Made by a program: the position numbers and the translations under genes. The notes beneath the pieces were generated by a model. The model had not been told where the DNA came from and did no database searches. It was given only the letters and a program-made list of their open reading frames with translations. From Octopus sinensis (lineage: Eukaryota): 64,000 bases of DNA. The stretch covers positions 9,114,001 through 9,178,000 of the forward strand of contig NC_043004.1 of assembly GCF_006345805.1 (NCBI RefSeq), read 5' to 3'. Shown one piece after another: positions 14,612-27,904 of the stretch; the first letter of the stretch is position 1, and each line of letters opens with the position of its first letter.

Positions 14612-15670
14612 TTACTTTCCTGTGAGCAGGTGTGGCCGCCGTTTGTCAAACGGGACTTTCCGTAGCTCGTCTCACTGACGGAGCTACAGTACTGGATGAG
14701 GCGTAGACCAAGGAAGGGCTCCTGGCACCTGGAGTGTCAGCAAGTGCTTACAGTTTTCTACCAGTCGGGTAACGCGGTCGGTGGGAAGTTCCAGTATGGA
14801 GTTCTATTGGGGACTCGTGGCGGGAAAGAGCAACGACGTCCTCGGGGGAACTCTGGGCGTCGGAAGGGATCAATTAACTGGGCTTTTCCGGAGATATTTC
14901 GGGTCAGGGCCTATGGATAACTTCCAAAAATATCTGGCCTTGCAGTGACACCTGGGAGTTCTGTCAGTTGGCGACAAGCTCTACAGACACGAAAGTTCTG
15001 TCAGACGGACCTGTCCGAGGCGTGCGCATGGCGACGAAACCGTCCTGCACGCACTCGTTCAGTGTCCGTATGTTACTGATTTGCGGAGCTTTATCGATCA
15101 GCTGTTGTTACGTGTAGAACGGACCCGGTTATCAGCCGAGTCCATCGAGAAGATCGCCCCGCCGTCTTCCTTTGGCCTAGAAGGAGATGAAGTTGTCCAC
15201 TGGTGGCTATGGCGAAGGAGGTAGTGTGGTGGACGAGATTAAAACGACTGAAGACAGATACTTTCTATTTCGACCAAGCTCTCATCGACTTTTTCAAATT
15301 CCACTTGAAAAGGAAAGTGAGGGTAGAGAGGGAAGTCTTGCCCCCACTCCAATATTTTCGTTGAAAGGTGGGTGAATGTGACAAAAATGACCCGTGTGAA
15401 TGGGCCTGTTCTGAATATAAGCTTGTAAGACAGAGCCGTTGGGGTACGTGCTTGAGGTGCTCTTGGTGGTCGGGGTGACCAGTATGTGTAGATTGCCTTG
15501 GTTGGCCCTGGATGGGACTCCCCACAGCTCTTGGAGATTTTATTGTTAGAAGTTTCTTGTTAATTGTAATTGTTATTCATTGTATCCTCGACAGTGTTCA
15601 ACACGTCATTTGTCTCTTGTATAATCCCTATTTGATTTGTGTTCGACCCTTGTGGCCAATAAAGAAATCA
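14612..15670 (+). mobile_element. Tx1/L1-clade LINE 3' fragment with C-terminal zinc finger and 3'UTR
   Basis: CPRCAHGDETVLHALVQCP and VAMAKEVVWWTR. Ends ttgtggccaataaagaaa followed by (ATT)n. Confidence 0.8.
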
Positions 15671-15714
15671 TATGATTATTATTATTGTTAACAGAAGCAG
15701 CATCAGTAGTGGCG

Positions 15715-15765
<51 letters not shown>

Positions 15766-16761
15766 TAGTAGTAGTAGTAGCAGTAGCAGCAGGACTTTCT
15801 CACTTTCCCGAGCGTTGAACTAATACACCTGTTTGTTGCTTACACACACGTCTTCATATTTTTTTCTTTTTTTGTAAATTCTCACTATATATATATATAT
15901 ATATATATGTTCTATTTTATTAACATATTATACGACTAAACGCACGCACCCTATTAAGTAAGATTGTTCTGTTTATCAAGTTAGCCTTGATATTAACTCT
16001 CACGCGACTCTGCATCTTTCTTTCTTTCTCTCCCATTCCCTTTTTCGTCTTTTTTCCCTCATTTAACTTGTCTCTTCCTCTCTCTCTCCCCCTCACCGTT
16101 CTTCATGGTCTCCTCGCACCATTCCCCTTCTTCTCTCTCTTCCTCTTGCTCCTCCTCCCCCATTCCCGTCGTCCATCTGCGACGATACTTCCGTCGTAAC
16201 TGCTATCCTGTCTTTTCTCGCCCGCCTTCTAAGGCTACTGGTCGACTTTCTTTCTCTCTCGTCGTCCACTATAATCCAGCGTTTGCAATACTTTTTTCGT
16301 CTGGCGTTAACAGCCCTTCTTATCTTGTTCTCCTTGTCCTGTCTCTCACTGTTATATATTTATTTTTCCACTGTTTATTTATATATTTTTTACTGTTTAT
16401 ATGTTTGTACTGTCGTTACCGTCTTGCTTTTTTACCCCTCTGCGAAAAGATCTCAGAATTTTAATTGATTTGCTTTTCGCAGGAAGGAAGTTTTCTTCGA
16501 AGTATACGTCTCGCTTTTATCCTTCGAAACGTTTAGTAGATGAAACCTTAGCGACTGAAGAAGGGGATTTTTCGTTGTGCTTATTGTCCTGTATCTCTTT
16601 TTTTGCTTGTCTTGTTCCTTGGTTTGTGTCTATGTTTTTCGTCTCTCTATGTGTTCGACGTCTTTTTGGTGTCCTGTACACATATATGCGTGTATATGTA
16701 CATGTAGAGGTAGGTACGTACATATATGTTTATATATATGCATATGTTCTATTTTATTAAC

Positions 16762-16794
<33 letters not shown>

Positions 16795-17250
16795 ATATAT
16801 ATATCTGCACACACACACACACATGTTCATTCATCTGCCTACAGACACATTCCGACACATACAAACATGTGTCTGTGTGTCTGTGTGTGTAGGGATACAT
16901 TTACGTGAATGTCTATGTATTACTGATTACGTATGATGACGTGTTCAGATTCATCTTTTGTGCTCCCACCTCTTCCTTCCAAGTTCTAAAACTTCGACTG
17001 GGGCGCATCAATATTGTGCAGGTGTCTCTAACTGTTATATAATGTTTTCTATGTTTTCCTGCTTCAGCCTTTTGTCTGCGGCCATACTGGGCACCGCCTT
17101 GATAGCTCCAGTCAAACAAATCAGCTTCAGTAATTTTTTCTAAAGGCCTCTTTTGCCGAACCGCCCAGTTACGAAGACGTAAAATGTTTAACACCGCTTG
17201 TCAAGCCGTAATGGCGGGACAATCATCGATAAAAAGATAACAAACACACA

Positions 17251-17313
<63 letters not shown>

Positions 17314-17763
17314 ATATCTATCTATCTATTTTTTTCTCCTGTCAAAGAAAATATTTCTCCAGCGTTCACTATTTTCCCTCATTCTGGGCTAACGACCCTC
17401 CATATTTGTTTTTTGTTCGGTTTCCTTGTATGTCTCCACTGTCCTGCTTTTGTTCCCAACTTTGAGCCCTTCCCCACCATAAATTCCGAAATTTATTTTG
17501 GTATTTGTGGGAGCAACTACCTTCGAAGACTCATATTGTCGTTCAATGAGAAATAGATAGGCAGCCGACAACTGATTAAGGGTCGTTGTTTATGTTACAT
17601 GTCATGTTTTCCATTTGTTTCTCTCGTTGTTAGTGTATTGAACTCATTTGTTTTCGTAATTCATGTTGTTTACTGGTTGTGACGTCCTGTACCCATATAT
17701 GCATGTATCTATTACTTATATTATTATTCGATTGAACGCCACACATTCATTTCCAAGTAAGTT

Positions 17764-17804
<41 letters not shown>

Positions 17805-17840
17805 TAAGTACATTACATATATATAAAAGTATATCATATG

Positions 17841-17877
<37 letters not shown>

Positions 17878-17993
17878 TATATATATATATAGATATATAT
17901 ATATATATGTTATATATATATATCATTTTATTTATTAGGGAATATATATATTACATATATATATATCCATATAAGTATATTATATATATAAAT

Positions 17994-18031
<38 letters not shown>

Positions 18032-18184
18032 TATAATATATATATATAAGGCTAAAGACCCCCTTCGGTCATGATGACCATGGGATTGCACCTAGAAAGT
18101 TACCCTCCTAGACACAAGTCGGGCAAGTTGTTTATGGAAGACCAGCAGTCGCCCATGCATACCAGCATACCATATATATATATA

Positions 18185-18581
18185 TCTTTATATATAAAAG
18201 TGAAGTTGTGTGTCTGTGTCCGACGATTTAGATTCCTAACTACTCCCACATTTTGTGGTGCAGTGTAACCAAAAGTGGGTATCTTATAGTCGTGATTCAT
18301 ATCGAGACCTTCTGGGTATTAGCGCGCATCTACGATGAGACTACGATTTTAAAAAGAATTTACCATCATTCTTTCCCATTTTTAATGCATTTTTTTTTGC
18401 TATTATATAAGGGACGTAACTCTCTAAAAATGTATTATTAAATCTCAGAACGTAAAAAGCTACAGTAACACCCCCCTCTGTGGTTAGCCATATTGAGATG
18501 GCTATTATACTTTACATCTCTAAAAATGCTTATATAGTTATTTCCCTTACAAACCCGAGCAACGCCGGGCGATACTGCTAG
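18185..18581 (+). mobile_element. Complete non-autonomous Helitron (397 bp)
   Basis: A|TC start (tctttatatataaaag). Subterminal hairpin CCCG-AGCAACGC-CGGG at 18554-18569. CTAG|T end at 18578-18581. Inserted at AT within (TA)n, no TSD. Confidence 0.85.
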
Positions 18582-18663
18582 TATATATATATATATGTAG
18601 ATAATATTATATATATATATATAATATATATATACCAATATATTACATATATATATATGTGTA

Positions 18664-18811
<148 letters not shown>

Positions 18812-19093
18812 ATATGCCTTAATTTAAGTGTGTCGTTTGATTATGTCGAAGTCTCTCTTCGATCAGATTAGACTTATATATCAATATATTCATGCGTAAA
18901 CATGGTCGCTTCATATTTATTCGGCCCTCAGCTAATTACTTGCTGCTAAATAAATATTTTCGTTATGATTAAGCATTATACTTCTTTATAAATATAAATA
19001 TTAATTTGCCTCACATATATAAGTATTTATACATCTATATTTATGCGTATATATGTGTATATGTGTGTGGCTGTGTATCTATAGGTGTTCGTG

Positions 19094-19133
<40 letters not shown>

Positions 19134-19842
19134 GGTTGTGTGTGTGTGTGTACGTATGTATATGTATGTATATATATAAATAAATAAATATATATATATA
19201 CATATATACTTATATATATAATATATACACACACATATACATATATGTGTATATATCCACCCACACGCACGCAAACACACACACAAATACACACATATAT
19301 ACACACATATCCTTCTATAAGCTAATAGCTTATTTAGCCTGTACGTGAGTTTACAAATATTCATTAAACTTTCTACTTCGTCTTTCTCCTCCTTTCCCTT
19401 TTCGTTCCATCTGTTTCTTTCTTTTTCTTTCTCTCCTACTCTTTATCTCCCTCCCTCTTTATCTCTCTCTCTCTCTGTATCAGTGTATGTTCACCCGCCA
19501 AAACCACCGCCGCCACACTTCTCATTGCTGCAATCCTTTCTGAATGTCGTGTTATCCAACCGTCTCAGTGTAGAGTCTTCTATTAACGATATGATTTGGT
19601 GTCCCGTTAATGATAAACCATTGATAGTGCCGGCGAGGCGGGGAGGGGGCTTGGAAAATGGGATTCTCCTCTCGCAGCCCAATAAACGAGGGAGAATGCA
19701 GCACCAGAATGGATGAGGCTGTTGTAGTGGATGAGATGAAGGGTGGAGCGCAGAAGTAGAAGTGGGAATGTGAAGTGATGAATTCGGGAATAGAGAAATT
19801 CCAAGAAGGTTGATTTGTTAGGAATGGGGTAAATAATGCCAT

Positions 19843-19875
<33 letters not shown>

Positions 19876-20055
19876 ACACACACAATCCCTTCCAGAATCA
19901 GCACCGCACATAAAAATACAGCATGACATACAAAAGCTATCGGTTCGGTGGCATATACTTGAGCAATCATACATACATTTAGCTGCGCACACGTCCATAG
20001 TGTTACACACATATAAACTCAAATAAACGCACACATACTCAAATAAACCCGCACG

Positions 20056-20088
<33 letters not shown>

Positions 20089-20269
20089 GAACGTCGAAGT
20101 ACCAGTGTGCAGAACGTTGCTTAACTCCGAGTATCGTTGAACGTGAACCATGTTGTTCCATCCAACCATCTTTGCCGCCCACTATTTCTTTGAAGGGCGT
20201 GTAGCGGGGAGATTTCTTAGGCACTACTTCCATAGGGTCCTTTCAAGAGCAACCCTCATTAGAATTACC

Positions 20270-20575
20270 GGGTGGATACACAAGCTTGACCAACTGAAAC
20301 TACAGATATTATCCAACTATTTCCTTGCTAGTTAACCCTTAGGTCTCCAACCAACTGGCTCGGTTTGAAGAATCCGCCTTGCAATTCTTTCCTGCGGCAT
20401 ATCAATCACATGTCCGTAGTCCAAGAGCTGTGACCTCTCAATGCAGAGAAGTAGCCGCTGGACCGAGCGAGACTCTTTGATCTCTGAGCTATGCACAAGT
20501 GTCTTCACAGACAGAATAGTTACCGAAGAATTACCTTCAACCTCATACCTACTCCGTCAGAGATGACCTGGGGCT
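20270..20575 (-). mobile_element. RTE-like LINE remnant
   Basis: Reverse translation IERSQLLDYGHVIDMPQERIARRILQTEPVGWRPKG. Confidence 0.6.
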
Positions 20576-20616
20576 AAATAGCGAGAGCAATAACAACAAC
20601 TGCACACACACACGCA

Positions 20617-20674
<58 letters not shown>

Positions 20675-21104
20675 TTCATCATCTACTGTTGCTAGTTTAT
20701 TTCTGCTTGTTTCACGCTCATCTGTCCTCTTTGAGTTGGGTATGAATCCATCCAGAGTTGGGTAATTAGCTCCAACCATCTGCACACGAGGCGGATTTGA
20801 ACTTAGAGCGCAAAGAAGCAGACCAGATATCTCAAGGCATTTTGTTCGACGTATTAACAATTCTACGACATCATTTTGCAGTTGCCTGGTTATCAAATCT
20901 GAGAGCCGAAACAATTACCACAAGGTAATAGAACACTACCGACTCCCTGCTATATATAAGCAACGAGCAATTAAGTTGTAAAGAACCATGTTGCATTATT
21001 GACATAATCATTTTAAAGGTACTTTTTTTCAATATGATCGAGTCTTTCCAGATTATACCATAATGATTAAATTCCTATTGACTTTACGCTTTTAGATCAG
21101 ATCC

Positions 21105-21400
21105 ATACCAGACACCACATGCTCTGTGAATTCTAAAGGAACTCTTCAGCAATAGAAGCGGCAAAGACTATTTCAACTATGAGAACGAAACTTTAAATGT
21201 TCGGACATGCCAACGATAATATGGCCAGTTTCGCCGGAAAATGTCTTTCTCTCGCAGACTCCCTCCGATCTGGATGGCTAAGTGCTGTCAATACTGAGCT
21301 TCTGGAAACCGAGGTTAAGGAAAATCCTATGCACACCGCACGAGAAATATCAAAACGATTCAATTCAAAATAAACGATTTCATGAACTAAGAAACGGGGA
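21105..21400 (+). mobile_element. mariner transposase N-terminal remnant
   Basis: RHHMLCEF..SAIEAAKTI, VRTCQR..QFR and VKENP..T.REI across frameshifts. Confidence 0.6.
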
Positions 21401-23039
21401 TCCTTCGTTATCTGAATACTACTCAACATAATCAAAGAACTTCCTTCTGATTGTGAAGTGTAGACTTGCTAGTGAACCTTTCTTGGAGAGAATCATCACA
21501 AGTTATTCAAAACTAGTTTATCTATTATCATACCCTACAAAAACGATAATGGTTAGCACGAAACCTAATAAAGCTGAAAATATCCTGCAACTCTTAAGAG
21601 TCTCTTGAATCCCTAATGAATGCTTCCGCTAATAAGAAACGCTATGATATTCATCAAGGAGTCTATCTCTATGACAAATCAAATACCGAATTATAGAAAA
21701 CACAGAATTCGGCAAAATATATCGTATATAGAACTGGCGTACAAGGCGTCGCGCTGGAAGAGTCGTTCTGCGTCGGGTAAAATGTTTAGCGGCATTTCTT
21801 AGGGATTTTTAGGTTCTGAGTTTAGATCTACTCAAGGTCCTCTTAGCCTTTCCTCCGTTTGGGGTCGATAAAATTGAGCCCCTCTTATGTACAAGGGTCG
21901 ATGTAATCGACTTGTCCTTCCCCTCAAAATTGCTGCCCTTGGAGTCTGAAACGGACGGAAGTCTCATTGAGGAAGTCTGTCATGATCTCGGTCACGTGGA
22001 CACCAACAAAGCTAGGTCAACAGCCTTATGAGAGACCCAAGGCTTGAGGAAAAAATAAAACGAAAGAGTTTTCTAAAGTTGTCGGACTGGTAGAATGTGG
22101 CGTTAGAGAGTAAGAGTGAAAGCTATGCGGTGTTTGTCCTGATTCACCGTTTTCAGAGATCAAATCTTGACTACTTCAACGTTGTTTTTCATTCTTTCGA
22201 GGTAAAGGAGAAAGATACGAAAAAAGTAGCAACCAAGGGTAGGTAGAACTGTAAGAATGTCAGACCATCAAATGTCTTGCGGGATTTGTTCGTTTTGAGT
22301 CAAGTTCAATCTAGCTGTCCTAAAGTGTATTTCCGCCAAAGCGCAGGTTTTGCCTGGCAAGTGAAGCAAATCGTCGAAACTAAGAGCCAGTTCCAAAGAA
22401 ATTATATTGGGGATTGTCGAGTGAGAAGTTCCGTTTCTCCAGTTAGAGAGAGAGAGAGAATGAGTGACAGAGAGAGACATGTTCCCCTGGAGAATGAACG
22501 AATGAAGAGCTGTGTGTGTATGTGTGACACAGTGAGTTGCTTAAAACACATATTAACGAAAACAGCATTCAGTGAGTTTTGAAATACTTTGTTCATGTGC
22601 AACATTTTTGCGTATATTAAGAGGGAGTCTATGGCTACCGTTTGATAGAGAAGGCCACATCAAAATGACTGAACGAATGTTTCTCTTGGTTATTGGACGT
22701 TGACTAAAATTGCTGCTTGCAAGAAGGGGGTGAAAACGGCTCGGTAAGGAAACGATCAACATTGCATAATCCGTTCCGTTAAACCTATAGAGAAACAAAC
22801 AGTAAGATGAAATACACACACACACACACACACACAAGTGTACACAGTTTCGTACAGACTCATACACACTTAAATACACAGATACATACCATTTACATGC
22901 ACACACGTACTTGCGCGTGCACATACACACACGTATCCATCCGCATCTTTTCTTCTTGAATTCCTTTCTTACATACGGAAACATACAGTGACGTATACAT
23001 TAAAATCCAAATTATATAGGCATACACATTCATATTTAT

Positions 23040-24230
23040 ATACATACAAGTACACATACTCACACACACACACACAGACGTGATCGTATAAATACACTTT
23101 CGTTGAAGCACACGCACATACATAAATGAATACATAAATACATGCTTCCAAACATACAAACTTTTATACACAAACCCGCACAAACACACATAAAGGCACA
23201 CGCGCACATACAGAGACACACACAAATACACACATACAAACATACATTCACAGAAACGCAGCTACATAGAAAGTCGTTCACACAAATTCATGCGTCTAAT
23301 CTAGTCGTACTCACACATATATACATATATATACGCATATACATATATATATATACATACACACTTACACACATATATATATAAACATATACATATATAT
23401 ATATACATACACATATATACACATCTGTACACATATGCACATATATATACATACACATATACACATATATATACACATATACACATATATATACATACAC
23501 ATATATACATATATATACACATAAACACATATATATACATACACATATATCCATATATATACACATACACACATATATATACATACTCATATGCACATAT
23601 ATATACATACACATATACATATATATATACATACACATGTACACATATATATACATACACATATACATATATATATACATACACATATACACATATATAT
23701 ACATACACATATATACATATATATACATGTATATGCACATATACGCACATATATATACATACACATATATACATATATATACACATAAACACATATATAT
23801 ACATACACATATATACATATATATACACATATACACATATGTATACATACACATATATACATATATATACGCATAAACACATATATATATACATACACAT
23901 ATATACATATATATACGCATATACACATATATATATATATACATACACATATATACATATATATACGCATAAACACATATATATATACATACACATATAT
24001 ACATATATATACGCATATACATATATATATATACGTACACATATGTACATATATATATACATACACATATATACATATATATACATATATATATGTGTAT
24101 ATATATATATATATATAATATATATATATATATACATACACACATATACACACACACTTGTTTGTACACATAAACACACGAATCATCCAAACACGATAAA
24201 CTATAACATATCACATACACCACCGCCATA
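23040..24230. repeat. Long compound (TA)/(CA) low-complexity satellite
   Basis: Visible by inspection. It is the source of the spurious 327-aa and 292-aa ORFs. Confidence 0.95.
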
Positions 24231-24369
24231 TACAACAGAATACGTCGAGACACATGTGGACACATAATCACTCATACAGACATTTCCACCGAAACGCTTT
24301 CAGCCGCCAATTTTTCTCTTTGAAACTAATTCAATAACGTATTCCATTAAATAAGACGATCATTTCGCT

Positions 24370-25683
24370 CCTGCTTCTTCCTTCCATTCTCGAATCTTCT
24401 TTAACCTCCCACCACCCCTACCTACCCACCCACTCTCTCACTATAGCTTTCATTTCCTTCCGGCTTCTTTCTTACGCACTACATCTTACTCACACTGCAA
24501 CTCCCTGTCGTCTGACTACTACTACTACCACCTCACTTCAAATTACTCCCCTTCCTCGCCCTTCTTCTCTTCCATAGTACACCGCTCTGTCTCCTCCCTC
24601 CCTCCCTCCCTCTAATTCTTCTTAATTTCGACGTCGTCGTCGTCGTCATCATCGTCGCCATCGTGTTTTCGTCCATCTCCTCCTCCTTTTCCTGCTCTCC
24701 ATTCTCTTTTCACGCTCCGGCACATCACCCATCGCGCTCTCTTCTCCATCCTTCTTCTTCAATTACATTCTATCGTTTAGTTGCTGCTTCCAAAACCTGC
24801 TTCATTTATCTCTCTCCAAATCGTCGCTCACTCATTCTATCTCTCTTCTCTCTAAGTCTCTCTTTCTCCCTCTCACTCCCTCATACGTGTCCCTCTCCTT
24901 CTCTCTCTCTATCACATTCACATCTCACCTTCCAGTTCACTCATTCTCTCCTTCCTCTCCATTCATTTCCTCTTCCCCATGTTTTTCTCCAATCTCCTCC
25001 CTTCTCTCTAAAACCTCCTCTTCTCTTAAGTCCATTACTTTCTCCCTCTCTCTCCTTTCTCCCTCTCTCCCCTTTCTCCTTTATTTCCTATTTTCTCTCC
25101 TCTTTCTCTGCCTCCAATCAAATTCCTTACTACTACCTCACCTCATACCTTTCGTGTCTTATTCCTTCCTCCCTAACCCCGCCTACTCCTGATCTGTCTC
25201 GCATTTTCAATCTCACTCTCTATCTATCTATCTATCTATTGCTGTCTTTCCTTCATCTTTTCTTCTCTACTAGTTCTTTCCCCTCCTTTTCTCTCTCTGG
25301 CTCTTGCTTTCTTCTTTCCCCTTTTTGTCTTTTAAACAATTCTCTTTTACCATTTTAAATTCTTGAAAATCACTTTCCATTATTTCTTCTTCTTCTTCTT
25401 CTTCTTCTTCTTCTTCTTCTTCTTCTTCTTCTTCTTCTTCTTCTTCTTCTTCTTCTTCTCCTCCTCCTCCTCCTCATCATCATCATCATCCAGCATGTTC
25501 ACTTTCATTTCTTCCTCATCCATTCCTGCGTGACTGCAACCTTTCTTTTCTCCGTCTCTCCCCTTCTTTGCACTCTCTAATTCGCTGTTCCCCCTCTCAT
25601 TCAAAAACACACTGACTCTGCTAACTCCTCTCTACCTCGATCCCCAATTCTCCTCCTCCCTACCACATCTCATCATCACAAGC

Positions 25684-25722
<39 letters not shown>

Positions 25723-25730
25723 TTCTCTCC
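24370..25730. repeat. ~1.3-kb polypyrimidine tract including (TTC)~24 at 25385-25458
   Basis: Strong pyrimidine bias on the + strand with TC/TTC/TCC repeats. Confidence 0.9.
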
Positions 25731-26255
25731 ATATTACTTCCACAGTTTGGTCACAATCAACACATTCGCCACCTCTATATAATTACAGACAGCCATGACA
25801 TAGTTGAACAACACACGAAAAATAGCAGTCGAATGTCTTTCAAATCACAAACTACCATTTTTTCACTGCATATTGGGATAATGCGATGCTAAGAATCCGT
25901 TCACTGGAAAAGTACGGGATGGTCATGGCCAGAATACTTTTGATCTTATTCACTCAGGTCTTATCTAGGCTGAAAAAATAACAGCCATCCCGAGGTGTGT
26001 TTATGCGGTCATGCGATCTATTAGAAATAGTAAACAAATCGCCCTCAAATCTTGTGCGATGATTTTGGAAAAAAAAAGAAGCCATTTTGCTTGTCTTGGC
26101 TTTCTTTGTACGAGAAAAAGTGAGGATGGGCACGGTGAACATTCCCTTCATAAAAGATTTTCTGAAAAAGCTGTGGAAGTAGAAAAGGACGATAAACAAT
26201 TGCCAAGACAATATTGGCGATTTACTGCAGAAGAGACAAGCGACGTACCATACAT

Positions 26256-26297
<42 letters not shown>

Positions 26298-26307
26298 ACA
26301 CACACAT

Positions 26308-26338
<31 letters not shown>

Positions 26339-26747
26339 CACACATGCACACACACACGCACACAGACACATATACTCACACTCACACACACACAAGCACA
26401 CAAACGCATATATACACGTACACGCATACAAATGCGTGTGTGTCTGTGTATGTGTGTATATATACATCTATATATATTCCAAGAAAGTTAGAGGTTGTGA
26501 ATGCAACCAACTAAGGGATAATATCTTTCCAATATACTGCTGGTAGAATATCCAATTATTAATACACAAGTGTTTTTTTTATTGCATGGCAATTACACCA
26601 CTGAATGTAATAAATGGGTGGGGGTAAAAGTTGCTTTACCCTTAATTTATACGGCAATAGGAAAATGGAGGGGATCAAGTTGTGGTATTCATCAACTTTT
26701 AGACATTATATTATGTCTATTTATTTATTTTAAAAAATTATTATTAT

Positions 26748-26783
<36 letters not shown>

Positions 26784-26945
26784 ATAAGAGAGGATCCACT
26801 ATGTGGACGCTCTAACGCTAGATATAGATCCGCAAAGGGAATCCACCACCAAGGAAATGTTCTCAAGAATTAATTCAACGCACCAAGAACGTAAACGAGC
26901 AGGACAAATGAAAAATAACGAAAAAAATTGATTATTTTGACTTCA

Positions 26946-26974
<29 letters not shown>

Positions 26975-26976
<2 letters not shown>

Positions 26977-27113
26977 GTATAACAGATTGTGCTTTACATA
27001 TATAAAAATACCAGTAATTATTAAAATATTTAACATAGTTCTACGTTATATATTTTAATAATTACTGGTATTTTCATATATGTAAAGTATAATCTGCATA
27101 ATCTGTTATACAT
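26975..27113. repeat. ~140-bp AT-rich hairpin
   Basis: ~60-bp arms containing aaaataccagtaattattaaaata / tattttaataattactggtatttt, with a 10-nt loop at 27035-27044. Confidence 0.85.
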
Positions 27114-27239
27114 GTATGTATATTATTATAATTACTTTTTTTTTAAATAAATAAATAGACATAATATAATGTCTAAAATTTGATGACTACTACCTCTTGA
27201 TACCCTCCATGTTCTTATTGCCGTGTATGTATATATATA

Positions 27240-27440
27240 TAAGCAATTCAAACAAGAACAAGCAAGAAAAACAACAACGCGAGAATCTGGCACAAGTACA
27301 GTGTTATTGGACGCTCAGGAAAGGAAAGAAAAGAAAGAGGGTTCCACGTTTCGAGCGGAGTACTTCGTCAGAAATATAGAAAAAGTCCAAAGAAGGGAAG
27401 ACGGAGTAAGAAATTCACCAACGATACACACGCGGTCACA
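27240..27440 (-). mobile_element. Same family, decayed HHR-like motif at 27342-27375
   Basis: Reverse complement reads CTGACGA-AGTACTCCGCTC-GAAAC-GTG. The GUG triplet is non-cleavable. Shares the flanks of the 3600-3800 copy. Confidence 0.6.
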
Positions 27441-27461
27441 TATTGTGCATATATATATATC

Positions 27462-27543
<82 letters not shown>

Positions 27544-27904
27544 TAAAATTAGAGATAAAACCACTATTAGGCAAATCAAACAGTGAAAAACATAAACCAA
27601 AACATAAAAATAAATATAATTAATATAATATACAAAATATATAAAATATAAAATTTAAAATTTGAATTATTTAAATTCAAAATTTTAATTTACATAAATT
27701 TTTATTATATATATATATATATATTCATAAATTTTAAATTTTTAAATTATTAAATTTAATTTTTTAATTTTTTTTTTTTTTTAAATAACTATCAAAAAGT
27801 ATTAAAAAGTTTAATAAATATAATAAGTAAAACCACTACGTACGTTTCATGGCCATAACCCAATTCGAATTGTAATTATAGTCAATCTTCAGGTTAATGA
27901 TAAT

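Noticed and set aside
17510-17570. HHR-like motif TCGAAGA-CTCAT...ATGA-GAAA-TAGA-TA-GGCAG
   Set aside because: Core C3U4 is altered, stem II is out of register and stem I is mismatched. At most a fossil.
23288-24271. Longest ORFs in the track (327 and 292 aa) and the many YI/HT/CV/LS/poly-I/poly-N ORFs
   Set aside because: They are translations of TA, CA, GA and ATT microsatellites, which lack stops in some frames. Not genes.
26011-26260. Protein-looking N-terminus of ORF 26011-26514
   Set aside because: No motif or convincing splice boundaries, and it continues into (CA)n.
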